NCBI GenBank assembly: GCA_964016885.1
Contig: OZ024744.1
Location: forward strand, 19,282,001-19,346,000
Length of the DNA stretch: 64,000 bases
Origin: Eledone cirrhosa
Taxonomy: Eukaryota
Direction of reading: 5' to 3'
The position numbers and the translations under genes are program-made. Positions 1 through 13,800 of the stretch are shown piece by piece. The notes beneath the pieces were generated by a model. It worked only from the letters and a program-made list of their open reading frames with translations. It did no database searches and was not told where the DNA came from. Numbering within the stretch: the first letter of the stretch is position 1; every line of letters starts with the position of its first letter.

Positions 1-1869
1 TGTCACTGGGTGTTTCTGTATGTCTGTGTCACTGTGTATCTCGCTGTGTGTTTCTGTATGTCTTTGTATCTGTGTATGTCACTGTATGTTTGTGTATGTC
101 TGTGTCACTGTATCTTTGTGTGTGTCTGTGTCACTGTGTATGTCACTGTATCTTTGTGTGTGTCTGTGTCACTGTGTATGTCACCCTATGTTTGTGTATG
201 TCTGTGTCACTGTGTATGTCACTGTATGTTTCTGTATGTCTGTGTCAATGTGTATGCCAATGTGTGTTTCTGTATCTCTGTGTCACGGCGTATGTCACTG
301 TATGTTTGTGTATGTCTGTGTCACTGTCTATGTCACTGTGTGTTTCTGTATGTCTGTGTCATTGTGTACGTCACTGTATGTTTCTGTATGTCTGTGTCAC
401 TGTGTATATCACTGTGTGTTCCTGTATGTCTGTGTCACTGTGTCTCTGTGTATGTTTGTGTATGTCTGTGTCACTGTGTATGTCACTGTATCTTTGTGTA
501 TGTATGTGTCACCGTGGATGTCACTGTATATTTGTGTATGTCTGTGTCAGTGTCAATGTCACTGTATCTTTGTGTATGTCTGTGTCACTGTGTATGTCAC
601 TGTGTGTTTGTGTATGCATGTGTCACTGTGTATGTCACTGGGTGTTTCTGTGTGTCTGTGTCACTCTGTATGTCACTGTATCTTTGTGTATGTCTGTGTC
701 ACCGTGTATGTCACTGTATCTGTGTGTATGTATGTGTCACTGTGTATGTTACTTTGTGTTTCTGTATGTCTGTGTCACGGTGTATGTCACTGTATGTTTG
801 TGTATGTCTGTGTCACTGTGTATGTCATTGTGAGTTTCTGTATGTCTGTGTCACTGTGTATGTCACTGTGTGTTTCTGTATGTTTGTGTCACTGTGTATG
901 TCACTGTATCTTTGTGTATGTCTGTGTCACTGTGTATGTCACTGTGTGTTTCTGTATGTCTATGTCTCTGTGTATGTCACTGTATCTTTGTGTATGTCTG
1001 TGGCACTTTGTATGTCATTGTGTGTTTCTGTATGTCTGTGTCACTGTCTATGTCACTGTATATTTGTGTATGTCTGTGTCACTGTGTATGTCACTGTGTG
1101 TTTGTGTATGCCTGTGTCACTGTGTATGTCACTGTGTGTTTCTGTATGTCTGTGTCACTGTGTATGTCACTGGGTGTTTCTCTATGTCTGTATCACTTTG
1201 TATGTCACTGTATCTTTGTGTATATCTGTGTCACCGTGTATGTCACTGTATCTTTGTGTATGTATGTGTCACTGTGTATGTCACTGTGTGTTTCTGTATG
1301 TCTGTGTCTCTGTGTATGTCACTGTATCTCTGTGTATGTGTGTGTCACTGTGTATGTCACTGTGTGTTTGTGTATGCCTGTGTGACTGTGTATTTCACTG
1401 TTTGTTTCTGTATGCCTGTGTCACTGTGTATGTCACTGGGTGTTTCTGTATGTCTGTGTCACTCTGTATGTCACTGTATCTTTGTGTATGTCTCTGTCAC
1501 CGTGTATGTCACTGTGTCTTTGTGTATGTGTGTGTCACCATGTAAGTAATTTATCTTTGTGTATGTCTGTCACTGTGTATATCAATGTATGTTTATGTAT
1601 GCCTGTGTCACTGTGTATATCAATGTATGTTTCTGTATGTCTATGTCTCTGTATGTCACTGTATCTTTGTGTATGACTGTGTCACTGTGTATGTCACTGT
1701 GTGTTTGTGTGTGTCTGTGTCACTGTGTATGTCACTGTATGTTTCTCTATGTCTGTGTCACTGTGTATGTAACTGTATGTTTCTGCATGTCTGTGCCACT
1801 GTGTATGTCACTGTATGTTTCTGTATGTCGGTGTCACTGTGTATGTCAATGTGTGTTTCTGTATGTCTG

Positions 1870-4800
1870 TGTCACGGTGTATGTCACTGTATGTTTGTGT
1901 ATGTATGTGTCACTGTGTATGTCACTGTATGTTTATGTATGTCTGTGTCACTGTGTATGTTACTGTGTGTTTCTGTATGTCTGTGTCACTGTGTATGTCA
2001 CTGGGTGTTTCTGTATGTCTGTGTCACTGTGTATCTCGCTGTGTGTTTCTGTATGTCTGTGTATCTGTGTATGTCACTGTATCTTTGTGTATGTCTGTGT
2101 CACTATGTATGTCACTGTGTGTTTCTGTATGTCTGTGTCACTGTGTATGTCACTGTATGTTTCTGTATGTCTGTGTCACTGTGTATGTCAATGTGTTTGT
2201 ATGTGTTTGTGTCACTGTGTATGTCACTGTATGTTTCTGTATGTCTGTGTCACTGTGTATGTCACTGTATGTTTGTGTGTGTCTGTGTCACTATGTATGT
2301 CACTGTGTTTTTGCGTGTGTCTGTGTCACTGTGTATGTCACTGTGTGTTTGTGTATGTATGTGTCACTGTGTATGTCACTGTGTGTTTCTGTATGTCTGT
2401 GTCACTGTGTATGTCACTGTGTGTTTCTGTATGTCTGTGCCACTGTGTATGTCACTGTATGTTTTTGTATGTCTGTGTCACTGTGTATGTCACTGTATGT
2501 TTTTGTATGTCTGTGTCACTGTGTATGTCACTGTGTTTATGTATGTCTGTGTCACTGTGTATGTCACTGTATGTTTGTGTATGTCTGTGTCACCGTGTAT
2601 GTCACTGTATATTTGTGTATGTCTGTGTCACTGTGTATGTCACTGTATCTTTGTGTATGTCTGTGTCACCGTGTATGTCACTGTATATTTGTGTATGTCA
2701 GTGGCACTATGTATGTCATTGTGTGTTTCTGTATGTCTGTGTCACTCTCTATGTCACTGTATCTTTGTGTATGTCTGTGACACTGTGTATGTCACTGTGT
2801 TTTTGCGTGTGTCTGTGTCACTGTGTATGTCACTGTGTGTTTCTGTATGTCTGTGTCACTGTGTATGTCACTGTGTGTTTCTGTATGTCTGTGTCACTGT
2901 GTATGTCACTGTATGTTTGTGTGTGTCTGTGTCACTGTGTATGTCACTGTGTTTTTGCGTGTGTCTGTGTCACTGTGTATGTCACTGTGTGTTTGTGTAT
3001 GTCTGTGTCACTGTGTATGTCACTGTGTGTTTCTGTATGTCTGTGTCACTGTGTATATCACTGGATGTTTGGGTATGCCTGTGTCACTGTGTATGTCAAT
3101 GTATGTCTCTGTATGTCTGTGTCTCTGTGTATGTCAATGTAACTTTGTGTGTGTCTGTGCCACTGTGTATGTCACTGTATCTTTGTGTGTGTCTGTATCA
3201 CTGTGTATGTCACTGTATCTTTGTGTGTGTCTGTGTCACTATGTTTGTGTATGTCTGTGTCACTGTGTATGTCACTGTATGTTTCTGTATGTCTGTGTCA
3301 CTGTGTATGTCAATGTGTGTTTCTGTATATCTGTGTCACGGCGTATGTCACTGTATGTTTGTGTATGTCTGTGTCACTGTGTATGTCACTGTGTGTTTCT
3401 GTATGTCTGTGTCATTGTGTATGTCACTGTATGTTTCTGTATGTCTGTGTCACTGTGTATATCACTGTGTATATCACTGTGTGTTCCTGTATGTCTGTGT
3501 CACTGTGTCTCTGTGTATGTTTCTGTATGTCTGTGTCACTGTGTATGTCACTGTATCTTTGTGTATGTATGTGTCACCGTGGATGTCACTGTATCTTTGT
3601 GTATGTCTGTGTCACTGTCAATGTCACTGTATCTTTGTGTATGTATGTGTCACTGTGTATGTCACTGTGTGTTTGTGTATGCATGTGTCAATGTGTATGT
3701 CACTGGGTGTTTCTGTGTGTCTGTGTCACTCTGTATGTCACTGTATCTTTGTGTATGTCTGTGTCACCGTGTATGTCACTGTATCTTTGTGTGTGTCTGT
3801 GTCACTGTGTATGTCACTGTATCTTTGTGTGTGTCTGTGTCACTGTGTATGTCACCCTATGTTTGTGTATGTCTGTGTCACTGTGTATGTCACTGTATGT
3901 TTCTGTATGTCTGTGTCAATGTGTATGCCAATGTGTGTTTCTGTATCTCTGTGTCACGGCGTATGTCACTGTATGTTTGTGTATGTCTGTGTCACTGTCT
4001 ATGTCACTGTGTGTTTCTGTATGTCTGTGTCATTGTGTACGTCACTGTATGTTTATGTATGTCTGTGTCACTGTGTATATCACTGTGTGTTCCTGTATGT
4101 CTGTGTCACTGTGTCTCTGTGTATGTTTGTGTATGTCTGTGTCACTGTGTATGTCACTGTATCTTTGTGTATGTATGTGTCACCGTGGATGTCACTGTAT
4201 CTTTGTGTATGTCTGTGTCAGTGTCAATGTCACTGTATCTTTGTGTATGTCTGTGTCACTGTGTATGTCACTGTGTGTTTGTGTATGCATGTGTCACTGT
4301 GTATGTCACTGGGTGTTTCTGTGTGTCTGTGTCACTCTGTATGTCACTGTATCTTTGTGTATGTCTGTGTCACCGTGTATGTCACTGTATCTGTGTGTAT
4401 GTATGTGTCACTGTGTATGTTACTTTGTGTTTCTGTATGTCTGTGTCACGGTGTATGTCACTGTATGTTTGTGTATGTCTGTGTCACTGTGTATGTCATT
4501 GTGAGTTTCTGTATGTCTGTGTCACTGTGTATGTCACTGTGTGTTTCTGTATGTTTGTGTCACTGTGTATGTCACTGTATCTTTGTGTATGTCTGTGTCA
4601 CTGTGTATGTCACTGTGTGTTTCTGTATGTCTATGTCTCTGTGTATGTCACTGTATCTTTGTGTATGTCTGTGGCACTTTGTATGTCATTGTGTGTTTCT
4701 GTATGTCTGTGTCACTGTCTATGTCACTGTATATTTGTGTATGTCTGTGTCACTGTGTATGTCACTGTGTGTTTGTGTATGCCTGTGTCACTGTGTATGT

Positions 4801-7800
4801 CACTGTGTGTTTCTGTATGTCTGTGTCACTGTGTATGTCACTGGGTGTTTCTCTATGTCTGTGTCACTTTGTATGTCACTGTATCTTTGTGTATATCTGT
4901 GTCACCGTGTATGTCACTGTATCTTTGTGTATGTATGTGTCACTGTGTATGTCACTGTGTGTTTCTGTATGTCTGTGTCTCTGTGTATGTCACTGTATCT
5001 ATGTGTATGTCTGTGTCACTGTGTATGTCACTGTGTGTTTGTGTATGCCTGTGTGACTGTGTATTTCACTGTTTGTTTCTTTATGCCTGTGTCACTGTGT
5101 ATGTCACTGGGTGTTTCTGTATGTCTGTGTCACTCTGTATGTCACTGTATCTTTGTGTATGTCTCTGTCACCGTGTATGTCACTGTGTCTTTGTGTATGT
5201 GTGTGTCACCATGTAAGTAATTTATCTTTGTGTATATCTGTCACTGTGTATATCAATGTATGTTTATGTATGCCTGTGTCACTGTGTATATCAATGTATG
5301 TTTCTGTATGTCTATGTCTCTGTATGTCACTGTATCTTTGTGTATGACTGTGTCACTGTGTATGTCACTGTGTGTTTGTGTGTGTCTGTGTCACTGTGTA
5401 TGTCACTGTATGTTTCTCTATGCCTGTGTCACTGTGTATGTAACTGTATGTTTCTGCATGTCTGTGCCACTGTGTATGTCACTGTATGTTTCTGTATGTC
5501 GGTGTCACTGTGTATGTCAATGTGTGTTTGTGTATGTATGTGTCACTGTGTATGTCACTGTATGTTTATGTATGTCTGTGTCACTGTGTATGTTACTGTA
5601 TGTTTCTGTATGTCTGTGTCACTGTGTATGTCACTGGGTGTTTCTGTATGTCTGTGTCACTGTGTATCTCGCTGTGTGTTTCTGTATGTCTGTGTATCTG
5701 TGTATGTCACTGTATATTTGTGTATGTCTGTGTCACTATGTATGTCACTGTGTGTTTCTGTATGTCTGTGTCACTGTGTATGTCACTGTATGTTTCTGTA
5801 TGTCTGTGTCACTGTGTATGTCAATGTGTTTGTATGTGTTTGTGTCACTGTGTATGTCACTGTATGTTTCTGTATGTCTGTGTCACTGTGTATGTCACTG
5901 TATGTTTGTGTGTGTCTGTGTCACTGTGTATGTCACTGTGTTTTTGCGTGTGTCTGTGTCACTGTGTATGTCACTGTGTGTTTGTGTATGTATGTGTCAC
6001 TGTGTATGTCACTGTGTGTTTCTGTATGTCTGTGTCACTGTGTATGTCACTGTGTGTTTCTGTATGTCTGTGCCACTGTGTATGTCATTGTGAGTTTCTG
6101 TATGTCTGTGTCACTGTGTATGTCACTGTGTGTTTCTGTATGTTTGTGTCACTGTGTATGTCACTGTATCTTTGTGTATGTCTGTGTCACTGTGTATGTC
6201 ACTGTGTGTTTCTGTATGTCTATGTCTCTGTGTATGTCACTGTATCTTTGTGTATGTCTGTGGCACTGTGTATGTCACCCTATGTTTGTGTATGTCTGTG
6301 TCACTGTGTATGTCACTGTATGTCTCTGTATGTCTGTGTCACTGTGTATGTCACTGTATCTTTGTGTGTGTCTGTGTCACTGTGTATGTCACTGTATCTT
6401 TGTGTGTGTCTGTGTCACTGTGTATGTCACCCTATGTTTGTGTATGTCTGTGTCACTGTGTATGTCACTGTGTGTTTCTGTATGTCTTTGTATCTGTGTA
6501 TGTCACTGTATGTTTGTGTATGTCTGTGTCACTGTATCTTTGTGTGTGTCTGTGTCACTGTGTATGTCACTGTATCTTTGTGTGTGTCTGTGTCACTGTG
6601 TATGTCACCCTATGTTTGTGTATGTCTGTGTCACTGTGTATGTCACTGTATGTTTCTGTATGTCTGTGTCAATGTGTATGCCAATGTGTGTTTCTGTATC
6701 TCTGTGTCACGGCGTATGTCACTGTATGTTTGTGTATGTCTGTGTCACTGTCTATGTCACTGTGTGTTTCTGTATGTCTGTGTCATTGTGTACGTCACTG
6801 TATGTTTCTGTATGTCTGTGTCACTGTGTATATCACTGTGTGTTCCTGTATGTCTGTGTCACTGTGTCTCTGTGTATGTTTGTGTATGTCTGTGTCACTG
6901 TGTATGTCACTGTATCTTTGTGTATGTATGTGTCACCGTGGATGTCACTGTATCTTTGTGTATGTCTGTGTCAGTGTCAATGTCACTGTATCTTTGTGTA
7001 TGTCTGTGTCACTGTGTATGTCACTGTGTGTTTGTGTATGCATGTGTCACTGTGTATGTCACTGGGTGTTTCTGTGTGTCTGTGTCACTCTGTATGTCAC
7101 TGTATCTTTGTGTATGTCTGTGTCACCGTGTATGTCACTGTATCTGTGTGTATGTATGTGTCACTGTGTATGTTACTTTGTGTTTCTGTATGTCTGTGTC
7201 ACGGTGTATGTCACTGTATGTTTGTGTATGTCTGTGTCACTGTGTATGTCATTGTGAGTTTCTGTATGTCTGTGTCACTGTGTATGTCACTGTGTGTTTC
7301 TGTATGTTTGTGTCACTGTGTATGTCACTGTATCTTTGTGTATGTCTGTGTCACTGTGTATGTCACTGTGTGTTTCTGTATGTCTATGTCTCTGTGTATG
7401 TCACTGTATCTTTGTGTATGTCTGTGGCACTTTGTATGTCATTGTGTGTTTCTGTATGTCTGTGTCACTGTCTATGTCACTGTATATTTGTGTATGTCTG
7501 TGTCACTGTGTATGTCACTGTGTGTTTGTGTATGCCTGTGTCACTGTGTATGTCACTGTGTGTTTCTGTATGTCTGTGTCACTGTGTATGTCACTGGGTG
7601 TTTCTCTATGTCTGTATCACTTTGTATGTCACTGTATCTTTGTGTATATCTGTGTCACCGTGTATGTCACTGTATCTTTGTGTATGTATGTGTCACTGTG
7701 TATGTCACTGTGTGTTTCTGTATGTCTGTGTCTCTGTGTATGTCACTGTATCTCTGTGTATGTGTGTGTCACTGTGTATGTCACTGTGTGTTTGTGTATG

Positions 7801-10800
7801 CCTGTGTGACTGTGTATTTCACTGTTTGTTTCTGTATGCCTGTGTCACTGTGTATGTCACTGGGTGTTTCTGTATGTCTGTGTCACTCTGTATGTCACTG
7901 TATCTTTGTGTATGTCTCTGTCACCGTGTATGTCACTGTGTCTTTGTGTATGTGTGTGTCACCATGTAAGTAATTTATCTTTGTGTATGTCTGTCACTGT
8001 GTATATCAATGTATGTTTATGTATGCCTGTGTCACTGTGTATATCAATGTATGTTTCTGTATGTCTATGTCTCTGTATGTCACTGTATCTTTGTGTATGA
8101 CTGTGTCACTGTTATGTCACTGTGTGTTTGTGTGTGTCTGTGTCACTGTGTATGTCACTGTATGTTTCTCTATGTCTGTGTCACTGTGTATGTAACTGTA
8201 TGTTTCTGCATGTCTGTGCCACTGTGTATGTCAATGTATGTTTCTGTATGTCGGTGTCACTGTGTATGTCAATGTGTGTTTCTGTATGTCTGTGTCACGG
8301 TGTATGTCACTGTATGTTTGTGTATGTATGTGTCACTGTGTATGTCACTGTATGTTTATGTATGTCTGTGTCACTGTGTATGTTACTGTGTGTTTCTGTA
8401 TGTCTGTGTCACTGTGTATGTCACTGGGTGTTTCTGTATGTCTGTGTCACTGTGTATCTCGCTGTGTGTTTCTGTATGTCTGTGTATCTGTGTATGTCAC
8501 TGTATCTTTGTGTATGTCTGTGTCACTGTGTATGTCACTGTATGTTTCTGTATGTCTGTGTCACTGTGTATGTCAATGTGTTTGTATGTGTTTGTGTCAC
8601 TGTGTATGTCACTGTATGTTTCTGTATGTCTGTGTCACTGTGTATGTCACTGTATGTTTGTGTGTGTCTGTGTCACTGTGTATGTCACTGTGTTTTTGCG
8701 TGTGTCTGTGTCACTGTGTATGTCACTGTGTGTTTGTGTATGTATGTGTCACTGTGTATGTCACTGTGTGTTTCTGTATGTCTGTGTCACTGTGTATGTC
8801 ACTGTGTGTTTCTGTATGTCTGTGCCACTGTGTATGTCACTGTATGTTTTTGTATGTCTGTGTCACTGTGTATGTCACTGTATGTTTTTGTATGTCTGTG
8901 TCACTGTGTATGTCACTGTGTTTATGTATGTCTGTGTCACTGTGTATGTCACTGTATGTTTGTGTATGTCTGTGTCACCGTGTATGTCACTGTATATTTG
9001 TGTATGTCTGTGTCACTGTGTATGTCACTGTATCTTTGTGTATGTCTGTGTCACCGTGTATGTCACTGTATATTTGTGTATGTCAGTGGCACTATGTATG
9101 TCATTGTGTGTTTCTGTATGTCTGTGTCACTCTCTATGTCACTGTATCTTTGTGTATGTCTGTGACACTGTGTATGTCACTGTGTTTTTGCGTGTGTCTG
9201 TGTCACTGTGTATGTCACTGTGTGTTTCTGTATGTCTGTGTCACTGTGTATGTCACTGTGTGTTTCTGTATGTCTGTGTCACTGTGTATGTCACTGTATG
9301 TTTGTGTGTGTCTGTGTCACTGTGTATGTCACTGTGTTTTTGCGTGTGTCTGTGTCACTGTGTATGTCACTGTGTGTTTGTGTATGTCTGTGTCACTGTG
9401 TATGTCACTGTGTGTTTCTGTATGTATGTGTCACTGTGTATGTAACTGTATATTTGTGTATGTTTGTGTCACTGTGTATGTCACTGTCTGTTTATGTATG
9501 TCTGTGTAACTGTTTGTGTCACTGTGTGTTTCTGTATGCCTGTGTCTCTGTTTATGTCAATGTGTCTTTGTATATGTCTGTGTCACGGCGTATGTCACTG
9601 TATGTTTGTGTATGTCTGTGTCACTGTGTATGTCACTGTGTGTTTCTGTATGTATGTGTCACTGTGTATATCACTGGATGTTTGGGTATGCCTGTGTCAC
9701 TGTGTATGTCAATGTATGTCTCTGTATGTCTGTGTCTCTGTGTATGTCAATGTAACTTTGTGTGTGTCTGTGCCACTGTGTATGTCACTGTATCTTTGTG
9801 TGTGTCTGTATCACTGTGTATGTCACTGTATCTTTGTGTGTGTCTGTGTCACTATGTTTGTGTATGTCTGTGTCACTGTGTATGTCACTGTATGTTTCTG
9901 TATGTCTGTGTCACTGTGTATGTCAATGTGTGTTTCTGTATATCTGTGTCACGGCGAATGTCACTGTATGTTTGTGTATGTCTGTGTCACTGTGTATGTC
10001 ACTGTGTGTTTCTGTATGTCTGTGTCATTGTGTATGTCACTGTATGTTTCTGTATGTCTGTGTCACTGTGTATATCACTGTGTATATCACTGTGTGTTCC
10101 TGTATGTCTGTGTCACTGTGTCTCTGTGTATGTTTCTGTATGTCTGTGTCACTGTGTATGTCACTGTATCTTTGTGTATGTATGTGTCACCGTGGATGTC
10201 ACTGTATCTTTGTGTATGTCTGTGTCACTGTCAATGTCACTGTATCTTTGTGTATGTATGTGTCACTGTGTATGTCACTGTGTGTTTGTGTATGCATGTG
10301 TCAATGTGTATGTCACTGGGTGTTTCTGTGTGTCTGTGTCACTCTGTATGTCACTGTATCTTTGTGTATGTCTGTGTCACCGTGTATGTCACTGTATCTT
10401 TGTGTATGTATGTGTCACTGTGTATGTCACTTTGTGTTTCTGTATGTCTGTGTCACGGTGTATGTCACTGTATCTTTGTGTATGTCTGTGTCACCGTGTA
10501 TGTCACTGTATATTTGTGTATGTCTATGGCACTATGTATGTCATTGTGTGTTTCTGTATGTATGTGTCACTGTGTATGTCACTGTATGGTTGTGTATGTC
10601 TGTGTCACTGTGTATGTAACTGTATGTTTCTGTATGCCTGTGTCTCTGTGTATGTCAATGTGTCTTTGTGTATGCCTGTGTCACGGCGTATGTCCATGTG
10701 TGTTTCTGTATGTCTGTGTCACTGTGTATGTCACTGTATGTTTGTGTATGCCTGTGTCACTGTGTATGTCAATGTATGTCTCTGTATGTCTGTGTCTCTG

Positions 10801-13800
10801 TATATGTCAATGTGTCTTTGTGTGTGTCTGTGTCACTGTGTATGTCACTGTATCTTTGTGTGTGTCTTTGTCACAGTGTATGTCACTGTATCTTTGTGTG
10901 TGTCTGTGTCACTCTGTATGTCACCCTATGTTTGTGTATGTCTGTATCACTGTGTATGTCACTGTATGTTTCTGTATGTCTGTGTCACTGTGTATGTCAA
11001 TGTGTGTTTCTGTATCTCTGTGTCACGGTGTATGTCACTGTATGTTTGTGTATGTCTGTGTCACTGTGTATGTCACAGTGTGTTTCTGTATGTCTGTGTC
11101 ACTGTGTATGTCACTGTATGTCTCTGTATGTCTGAGTCACTGTATATGTCACCGTATCGTTGTGTATGTCTGTGTCACTGTGTATGTCACTGTGTGTTTC
11201 TCAATGTCTGTGTCACTGTGTATGCCACTGTGTGTTTCTGTATGTCTGTGTCTCTGTGTATGTCACTGTATCTTTGTGTATATCTGTGTCACTGTGTATG
11301 TCACTGTGTGTTTCTGTATGTCAGTGTCACTGTTTATGTCACTGTGTGTTTATGTATATCTGTGTCTCTCTGTATGTCACTGTATCTATGTGTATGTCTG
11401 TGTCACTGTGTATGTCACTGTGTTTTTGCGTGTGTCTGTGTCACTGTGTATGCCACTGTGTGTTTGTGTATGTATGTGTCACTGTGTATGTCACTGTTTT
11501 TTCTGTATGTCTGCGTCGCTGTGTATGTCACTGTGTGTTTCTGTATGTCTGTGTCACTGTGTATGTCACTGTATGTTTTTGTATGTCTGTGTCACTGTGA
11601 ATGCCACTGTATTTTTGTGTATGTCTGTGTCACTGTGTGTGTCACTGTGTATGTCACTGTATGCTTCTGTATGTCTGTGTCACTGTGTATGTCACTGTGT
11701 GTTTCTGTATGTCTGTGTCACTGTGTATGTCACTGTATGTTTTTGTATGTCTGTGTCACTGTGTATGTCACTGTATGTTTTTGTATGTCTGTGTCACTGT
11801 GTATGTCACTGTGTGTTTATGTATGTCTGTGTCACTGTGTATGTCACTGTATCTTTGTGTATGGCTGTGTCACTGTGTATGTCACTGTGTGTTTGGGTAT
11901 GTCTGTGTCACTGTGTATTTGTGTATGGCTGTGCCACTGTGTATGTCACTGTATGTTGTGTATGTTTGTGTCACTGTGTATGTCACTGTATTTTTGTGTA
12001 TGTCTGTGTCACCGTGTATGTCACTGTATATTTGTGTATGTCTGTGTCACTGTGTATGTCACTGTATCTTTGTGTATGTCTGTGTCACCGTGTATGTCAC
12101 TGTATATGTGTGTATGTCTATGGCACTATGTATGTCATTGTGTGTTTCTGTATGTCTGTGTCACTGTCTATGTCACTGTATCTTTGTGTATGTATGTGTC
12201 ACTGTGTATGTCACTGGGTGTTTCTGTATGTCTGTGTCACTCTGTATATCACTGTATCTTTGTGTATGTCTGTGTCACCGTGTATGCCATTGTATCTTTG
12301 TGTATGTCTATGTCACTGTGTATGTCACTGTATATTTGTGTATGTCTGTGTCACTGTGTATGTCACTGTGTGTTTCTGTATGTCTGTGTCAAGGTGTATG
12401 TCACTGTATGTTTGTGTATGTCTGTGTCACTGTGTATGTCACTGTGAGATTATGTATGTCTGAGGCACTGTGTATGTCACAGTGTGTTTCTGTATGTCTG
12501 TGTCACTGTGTATGTCACTGTATGTCTCTGTATGTCTGTGTCACTGTCTATGTCACTGTATCGTTGTGAATGTCTGTGTCACTGTGTATGTCACTGTGTG
12601 TTTCTCAATGTATGTGTCACTGTGTATGTCACTGTGTGTTTCTGTATATCTGTGTCTCTGTGTATGTCACTGTATCTGTGTGTATGTCTGTGTCACTGTG
12701 TATGTCACTGTATATGTGTGTATGTATGTGTCACTGTGTATGTCTGTGTCACTGTGTATGTCACTGTGTGTTTCTGTATGTATGTGTCACTGTGTATGTA
12801 ACTGTATATTTGTGTATGTTTGTGTCACTGTGTATGTCACTGTCTGTTTATGTATGTCTGTGTCACTGTTTGTGTCACTGTGTGTTTCTGTATGCCTGTG
12901 TCTCTGTGTATGTCAATGTGTCTTTGTATATGTCTGTGTCACGGCGTATGTCACTGTATGTTTGTGTATGTCTGTGTCACTGTGTATGTCACTGTGTGTT
13001 TCTGTATGTCTGTATCACTGTGCATATCACTGTATGTTTGTGTATGCCTGTGTCACTGTGTATGTCAATGTATGTCTCTGTATGTCTGTGTCACTGTGTA
13101 TGTCACTGTATCTTTGTGTGTGTCTGTGTCACTGTGTATGTCACTGTATCTTTGTGTGTGTCTGTGTCACTGTGTATGTCACCCTATGTTTGTGTATGTC
13201 TGTGTCACTGTGTATGTCACTGTATGTTTCTGTATGTCTGTGTCACTGTGTATGTCAATGTGTGTTTCTGTATCTCTGTGTCACGGCGTATGTCACTGTA
13301 TGTTTGTGTATGTCTGTGTCAATGTGTATGTCACTGTATGTTTGTGTATGTCTGTGTCACTGTCTATGTCACTGTGTGTTTCTCTATGTCTGTGTCATTG
13401 TGTATGTCACTGTATGTTTCTGTATGTCTGTGTCACTGTGTATATCACTGTGTGTTCCTGTATGTCTGTGTCACTGTGTCTCTGTGTATGTTTGTGTATG
13501 TATGTGTCACCGTGGATGTTACTGTATCTTTGTGTATGTCTGTGTCACTGTGTATGTCACTGTGTGTTTGTGTATGCATGTGTCACTGTGTATGTCACTG
13601 GGTGTTTCTGTGTGTATGTGTCACTCTGTATGTCACTGTATCTTTGTGTATGTCTGTGTCACCGTGTATGTCACTGTATGTTTGTGTATGTCTGTGTCAC
13701 TGTGTATGTCATTGTGAGTTTCTGTATGTCTGTGTCACTGTGTATGTCACTGTGTGTTTCTGTATGTCTGTGTCACTGTGTATGTCACTGTATCTTTGTG

